This document shows positions 40,134 through 44,857 of a stretch of DNA of 44,857 nucleotides, in pieces (within the stretch, counting starts at the first letter, position 1; each line of letters begins with the position of its first letter). The DNA comes from an uncultured Lachnospiraceae bacterium (lineage in GTDB: Bacteria > Bacillota > Clostridia > TANB77 > CAG-508). The position numbers and the translations under genes were made by a program. The stretch spans positions 1-44,857 of the forward strand of contig CAMPBM010000003.1 in assembly GCA_946637865.1 (NCBI GenBank), written 5' to 3'. The notes below the pieces were generated by a model, which ran no database searches, was not told the origin of the DNA, and saw only the letters and a program-made list of their open reading frames with translations.

Positions 40134-41453
40134 ATGGGTTTTATAGTTGCAATAGATGGACCAGCTGGTAGTGGAAAAGGTACAGTAACAGAGATATTAG
40201 CTAAAAGATTAAAATTAACGAGTATAGATACTGGTGCAATGTATAGATGTGTAACGCTTTCTATATTAAGAAATAAAGTCGAGTTAGATGATATAAAGAA
40301 AATTGAGGAGATATTGGATAATATAAATATTGAATTGCTAAAAGAAAATGGAAATCAAGTGGTTAAATTAAATGGAGAGGATGTTTCAAAAGAAATAAGA
40401 GATAACCCTGTAAATAAAATGGTTTCAAAAGTTTCTGCAATAAAAGAAATAAGAACAAAAATGGTTGATTTGCAAAGGAAAATGGCTGAGACACAAGATG
40501 TTATAATGGAAGGTAGAGACATCACAACAGTTGTATTTCCAAACGCAGATGTGAAGATATATATGGATGCAGATTTAGAAGAAAGAGCTAAAAGGAGATA
40601 TGCACAGAATCAGGCTAAAAATATTCAATGCACGTATGAAGAAGTTTTAGAAGATATGAGGCAAAGGGATGAAAACGATAAAAATAAAGAGGTTGGGGCA
40701 TTAAAGATTGCAGAAGATGCAATAGTAATAGATTCAACAAATTTGACCCAAAAGCAAGTTGTCAGAAAAATTGAAAAGATAATAAAGAAAGAAAAAAAGG
40801 TAAAAAAACTAGAACCTAAAATATACTGGGAAAGACCTGAAACTAAAAGAAAAGAAGTGGTAAGGGCAATAACAAAGTCTGTGTTAAGAGGTATTTATAA
40901 AATATTTTATAGAGTTGAAATAACAGGTGAAGAAAATAAGGATAAGGCTGGAGAAAAAGGTGGATATATAATTTGCCCAAACCACGTAAATTACATAGAT
41001 GCAGTAGCAATAGTTGTGTTTAGTAAAGAAAGAATTAGATTTGTAGCAAAGCATGATTTAGCAAGATTTGGAATGTTAAGATGGCTTGAGCATCTATTTG
41101 ATGTAATACCAATAAAAAGAAATACACAAGACTTGGAAGGAATGAAAAGATGCTTGAAAGTCTTGAAGAATAATGAAGTTTTAGCTATATTTCCTGAGGG
41201 AACAAGAAATGGGCTAGAAAAAAACGGAAAAGCAAAAAATGGTGCAGCATTCATGGCGATTAGGACTGGAAAACAGGTTGTACCTGTTGGAATATCTGGA
41301 ACATTTAAATTATTTAGCAAAGTACGAATTAATTATGGTACTCCAATAGATATGTCAAAATATAAAGTAAAGGGAAAAGAAAAAGAGTGTCAAGAGCTAG
41401 CTACAAAAGAGATTATGGACAATATTGTTATGTTGACAAACGAAAAAAAATAA
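40134..41453 (+). CDS. cmk: cytidylate kinase fused to 1-acylglycerol-3-phosphate acyltransferase (Cmk-PlsC)
   Basis: AIDGPAGSGK, DTGAMYR and EGRDI, then NHVNYID, FVAK and FPEGTR in one frame. Confidence 0.92.
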   Translation: MGFIVAIDGPAGSGKGTVTEILAKRLKLTSIDTGAMYRCVTLSILRNKVELDDIKKIEEILDNINIELLKENGNQVVKLNGEDVSKEIRDNPVNKMVSKVSAIKEIRTKMVDLQRKMAETQDVIMEGRDITTVVFPNADVKIYMDADLEERAKRRYAQNQAKNIQCTYEEVLEDMRQRDENDKNKEVGALKIAEDAIVIDSTNLTQKQVVRKIEKIIKKEKKVKKLEPKIYWERPETKRKEVVRAITKSVLRGIYKIFYRVEITGEENKDKAGEKGGYIICPNHVNYIDAVAIVVFSKERIRFVAKHDLARFGMLRWLEHLFDVIPIKRNTQDLEGMKRCLKVLKNNEVLAIFPEGTRNGLEKNGKAKNGAAFMAIRTGKQVVPVGISGTFKLFSKVRINYGTPIDMSKYKVKGKEKECQELATKEIMDNIVMLTNEKK

Positions 41454-41461
41454 TATATAAT
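41433..41461 (+). promoter_or_regulatory. consensus sigmaA promoter for the S1 gene
   Basis: TTGACA-17 nt-TATAAT. Confidence 0.8.
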
Positions 41462-41652
41462 TTAGAAACCATTAAAGAGGATATGTAAAAAACAAATTCT
41501 TTAAAGAGATTTACAATTAAATATAAGAAAAGTGCAAAAGAGATAAATTGAAAAAGGTTTGTTTCTTCAAGTTAAATAAGAGATGAAAAATCTCTAAAAA
41601 TAAAAAATATAATTATGCCCACTACTGAGGTATACTGAAAGGAAAAGATAAA

Positions 41653-42744
41653 ATGGATAATATTAGTTTTGAAGAATTATTAGATCAAACATTAAAAGAA
41701 ATTAAGATAGGACAAACTGTAACAGGAAGTATAATCAATATTAATTCACAAGGAGAAGTTTTTGTCGATTTAGGATATAAAGCAGATGGAATTATACCAA
41801 AATCAGAGTTTTCATACAATCAAGAAGACAACCCAGCTGACTTTGTAAAGGTTGGAGATAAAATTACAGCAACTGTTATTAAGTTAAATGATGGGGTTGG
41901 TAATGTACTTCTATCAGCTAAAAAATTAAATTTGAAAGTAGCTAAAGAGGAATTTGAAAACAAAGTAAAAAATAACGAAATATTTACTGAAAAGGTAACA
42001 TCTGTAAGTGATAAAGGTTTAGTAGTAGATTATAGAGGTATTAGAATTTTTATTCCACTATCTTTATCTGGAATTCCAAGAAGTGAAAAACCTGAAAGCT
42101 ATAAAGGAAAAAAAGTATCTTTTAGAGTAACAGAGTATGATGAAGAAAATAGAAAAATAATAGGTTCAATAAAAGTAGTTCTAGAAGAAGAAAAGAAAGC
42201 AAATGAAGATAAATTCTGGAACAATATAGAAGTTGGAAAAATGTATAAAGGTATAGTAACAAGTCTAAGCTCCTACGGTGCATTTGTAGATATTGATGGA
42301 ATACAAGGATTACTACATATATCTGGTATGACTTGGGAAAGAGATAAAAAACCAAGTGATATAGTACAAGTAGGTCAAGAAATAGGTGTAAAGGTTCAAG
42401 AATTCGATAAAGAAAATAAAAGAGTAAAGCTAGAGTATGATAAAAAAGGACCAAACCCTTGGGAAATATTTGTAGAAAATTATAATGTAAACGATGTTGT
42501 TACTGTAAAGGTTGTAAAGTTTATGCCTTTTGGAGCATTTGTAAGAATGGACAACGGAATAGAAGGATTAGTTCATATTTCTCAAATAAGTGAAAGAAGA
42601 ATTGCAAATCCTGATGAAGTTTTAGAAATAGGTCAGGTTGTTAATGCTAAGATAATAAATATAGATTTAGATAACAAAAAGGTTGAACTTTCAATAAGAG
42701 AAATAGAAGGAACTTCAAGCGAAATCACTGAAGAAAATTTATAA
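41653..42744 (+). CDS. rpsA: 30S ribosomal protein S1-like (four S1 domains)
   Basis: VDLGYKADG, YGAFVD..GLLHIS, FGAFV...GLVHISQIS; downstream of cmk. Confidence 0.88.
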   Translation: MDNISFEELLDQTLKEIKIGQTVTGSIININSQGEVFVDLGYKADGIIPKSEFSYNQEDNPADFVKVGDKITATVIKLNDGVGNVLLSAKKLNLKVAKEEFENKVKNNEIFTEKVTSVSDKGLVVDYRGIRIFIPLSLSGIPRSEKPESYKGKKVSFRVTEYDEENRKIIGSIKVVLEEEKKANEDKFWNNIEVGKMYKGIVTSLSSYGAFVDIDGIQGLLHISGMTWERDKKPSDIVQVGQEIGVKVQEFDKENKRVKLEYDKKGPNPWEIFVENYNVNDVVTVKVVKFMPFGAFVRMDNGIEGLVHISQISERRIANPDEVLEIGQVVNAKIINIDLDNKKVELSIREIEGTSSEITEENL

Positions 42745-42833
42745 AAAAGTTAAAAAGTAAAAAAGTTGCCAAGTGCTGATAGGAATATTGACGCTTGGCT
42801 AATGTAATGTTTATAGAAGGGAAGATTTATAAG

Positions 42834-44654
42834 ATGTATAATGAAAAAATTAGAAACATAGCAATAATTGCACACGTTGACCATGGAAAAACTACTTTGG
42901 TAGATGCACTATTAAGACAAAGTCATATATTTAGAGAAAATGAACAAGTTGCTGAAAGAGTAATGGACTCAAATGATTTAGAGAAAGAAAGGGGTATAAC
43001 AATTCTTTCTAAAAATACTTCAGTTATGTATAATGGTATAAAAATTAATATTGTGGATACTCCAGGGCATGCTGATTTTGGTGGAGAGGTTGAAAGGGTT
43101 TTAAGAACAGTTGATGGTGTTCTATTATTGGTTGATGCCTTCGAGGGACCTATGCCACAAACAAGAGAAGTATTGAAAAAATCATTGGCAGCCAATCTAA
43201 AGCCAATAGTAGTAATTAATAAAATAGACAGACCAGGTGCTAATCCATTAAAGGTCGTTGACCAAGTTTTAGAGTTATTTATTGAATTAGACGCTAGCGA
43301 TGAGCAATTAGACTTCCCGGTTATATACGCATCTGCAAAAAATGGTATTGCAAAAATGCACTTAGAAGATGAATCAGACAACGTTCATTGCATATTTGAT
43401 ACTATAATCAACACTATTGAACCACCAAAATGTGATATGGATGGTACAGCACAATTATTAGTTTCAAATATAGATTACGATGATTATCTAGGAAGAATTG
43501 CTGTTGGTAGAATAGAAAGAGGAACTATAAAAAATGGAATGCCTATAGCTATTTGTAAGCCAGATAAAAACACACAAGGTAAAATAGCTAAATTATTTAC
43601 ATATGTAGGTTTAAAAAAGACAGAGGTTGACGAAGCTAAAGCTGGTGATATAGTCGCGTTATCAGGTATCGCTGATATCAATATAGGTGACACAATTTGT
43701 GATATAAACAATCCAGATAAAATTCCATTCGTAGATATAGATGAACCAACAGTTTCTATGACATTTAGTGTAAATAATGGACCACTAGCAGGTAAAGAAG
43801 GACAATACATTACTTCAAGACATATCAGAGATAGACTATTTAAAGAACTTGAAAGAAATGTAAGTTTACGTGTTAAAGAAACAGATTCTGCAGACAGTTT
43901 TGAAGTATGTGGACGTGGAGAATTACATTTATCTGTCCTAATTGAGACAATGAGAAGAGAAGGTTTTGAATTATTGGTTTCTCGTCCAAAAGTAATTATA
44001 AAAGAAATTGATGGAGTAAAGAGTGAACCAATGGAGAGATTGGTAGTTAATGTGCCAGATGATTCAATTGGAACAGTTATTGAAAAACTAGGAAGACGTA
44101 AAGCTGAAATGGTTAACATGGAACCAGCTGAAATTGGTCACACAAAAATTGAATTTAGGATACCAGCACGTGGTTTAATTGGATATAGAACAGAATTTTT
44201 AACAGATACAAAAGGCGAAGGAACAATGAATAGTATTTTTGAATGTTATGAACCATATAAAGGTGAAATTTCTTCAAGAACTAGAGGTGTTTTAGTAGCT
44301 TTTGAACCAGGAATTTCTGTAACGTATGGCTTATATAATGCTCAAGAAAGAGGAGAATTATTAATAGGTGCCGGTGTTGAGGTTTATGAGGGTATGATAG
44401 TAGGAATAAATTCAAGGAATGAGGATATCGCAATCAATGTATGCAAAGAAAAACATTTAACTAATACAAGAGCTTCAGGTTCAGACGATGCACTTCGTTT
44501 GGTTCCACCTCTACAGTTTTCTTTAGAGAAAGCTATTGAATTTATTGCGGAAGATGAATTAGTTGAGGTTACTCCGCTAAATATAAGATTACGTAAGGTT
44601 ATATTAGATAGTAAGACAAGAGAAAGAGAAGCACGTAGAAATTCAGCACAATAA
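42834..44654 (+). CDS. typA: translational GTPase TypA/BipA
   Basis: AHVDHGKTT, ERGITI, DTPGHADFGGEVER, GRGELHL, EVTP..IRLRK. Confidence 0.97.
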   Translation: MYNEKIRNIAIIAHVDHGKTTLVDALLRQSHIFRENEQVAERVMDSNDLEKERGITILSKNTSVMYNGIKINIVDTPGHADFGGEVERVLRTVDGVLLLVDAFEGPMPQTREVLKKSLAANLKPIVVINKIDRPGANPLKVVDQVLELFIELDASDEQLDFPVIYASAKNGIAKMHLEDESDNVHCIFDTIINTIEPPKCDMDGTAQLLVSNIDYDDYLGRIAVGRIERGTIKNGMPIAICKPDKNTQGKIAKLFTYVGLKKTEVDEAKAGDIVALSGIADINIGDTICDINNPDKIPFVDIDEPTVSMTFSVNNGPLAGKEGQYITSRHIRDRLFKELERNVSLRVKETDSADSFEVCGRGELHLSVLIETMRREGFELLVSRPKVIIKEIDGVKSEPMERLVVNVPDDSIGTVIEKLGRRKAEMVNMEPAEIGHTKIEFRIPARGLIGYRTEFLTDTKGEGTMNSIFECYEPYKGEISSRTRGVLVAFEPGISVTYGLYNAQERGELLIGAGVEVYEGMIVGINSRNEDIAINVCKEKHLTNTRASGSDDALRLVPPLQFSLEKAIEFIAEDELVEVTPLNIRLRKVILDSKTREREARRNSAQ

Positions 44655-44659
44655 TTTTG

Positions 44660-44743
44660 TGAAATTTGAAAGGTTATGCTAAAAATAAATAAGGATGACT
44701 TTGGTCGTCCTTATTTATTTTTAGCATAACCTTTCAAATTTCA
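44660..44743. repeat. 40-bp-arm hairpin downstream of typA (terminator or REP-like)
   Basis: tgaaatttgaaaggttatgctaaaaataaataaggatgac, loop tttg, then the reverse complement with one G-T pair. Confidence 0.85.
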
Positions 44744-44804
44744 AACCTTGTTTTTTTTGGGGGGTTTATTACTTTACGGTAATAGATTGTGATCTGTAAC
44801 ACTA

Positions 44805-44857
44805 GTTACAATTCAGGTGGGTTACTTTTGCAGGTAGCCGTCAAAAATTAAAATTAT
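44805..44857. repeat. 53-bp repeat, inverted copy of 3-55
   Basis: 50/53 identity to the window start in reverse complement. Confidence 0.9.

Noticed and set aside
42923-44119. Long antisense ORFs (42923-43381, 43484-44119) and the other short antisense or overlapping ORFs in the track
   Set aside because: Shadows of well-supported genes on the opposite strand or frame; no recognisable motifs
1-44857. Whole window as a transposon or linear replicon with terminal inverted repeats
   Set aside because: Content is housekeeping (ruvB, asd, cmk, rpsA, typA) with no transposase or replication gene; a repeat-induced contig break is simpler

Overview
AT-rich, Clostridia-like (Bacillota) chromosomal segment. 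About 0.2-28.4 kb is a + strand cell-surface polysaccharide locus. It holds a PssD/PssE-type GT pair, rmlA/rmlB, prs, an MBOAT plus DHHW acylation pair, rpiA, GT2/GT4 enzymes, a HAD+PRT ribofuranosyltransferase-like protein, a pyruvyltransferase with a coiled coil, wzt/wzm, tagO and an LTA-synthase-like gene. Downstream lie ruvB, a DUF4912/GH57/GT4 alpha-glucan trio, a YlbF-family gene, asd flanked by two paralogous membrane-protein cassettes, a cmk-plsC fusion, an S1 protein and typA. Main observation: five otherwise intact genes are each split by a +1 frameshift at an in-frame CGG codon (CGG-A four times, CGG-T once). Skipping the C gives a GGN Gly codon and restores motifs such as NDGSTD, GDGPE and SWGANGY, along with full family length. 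In a manual scan these are 5 of only 6 in-frame CGG codons in the credible genes, which suggests systematic CGG-triggered +1 recoding rather than random decay. Intergenic DNA carries several REP/MITE-like hairpin families and a duplicated, apparently structured 5' leader. All functional calls come from motif recognition; no searches were run.
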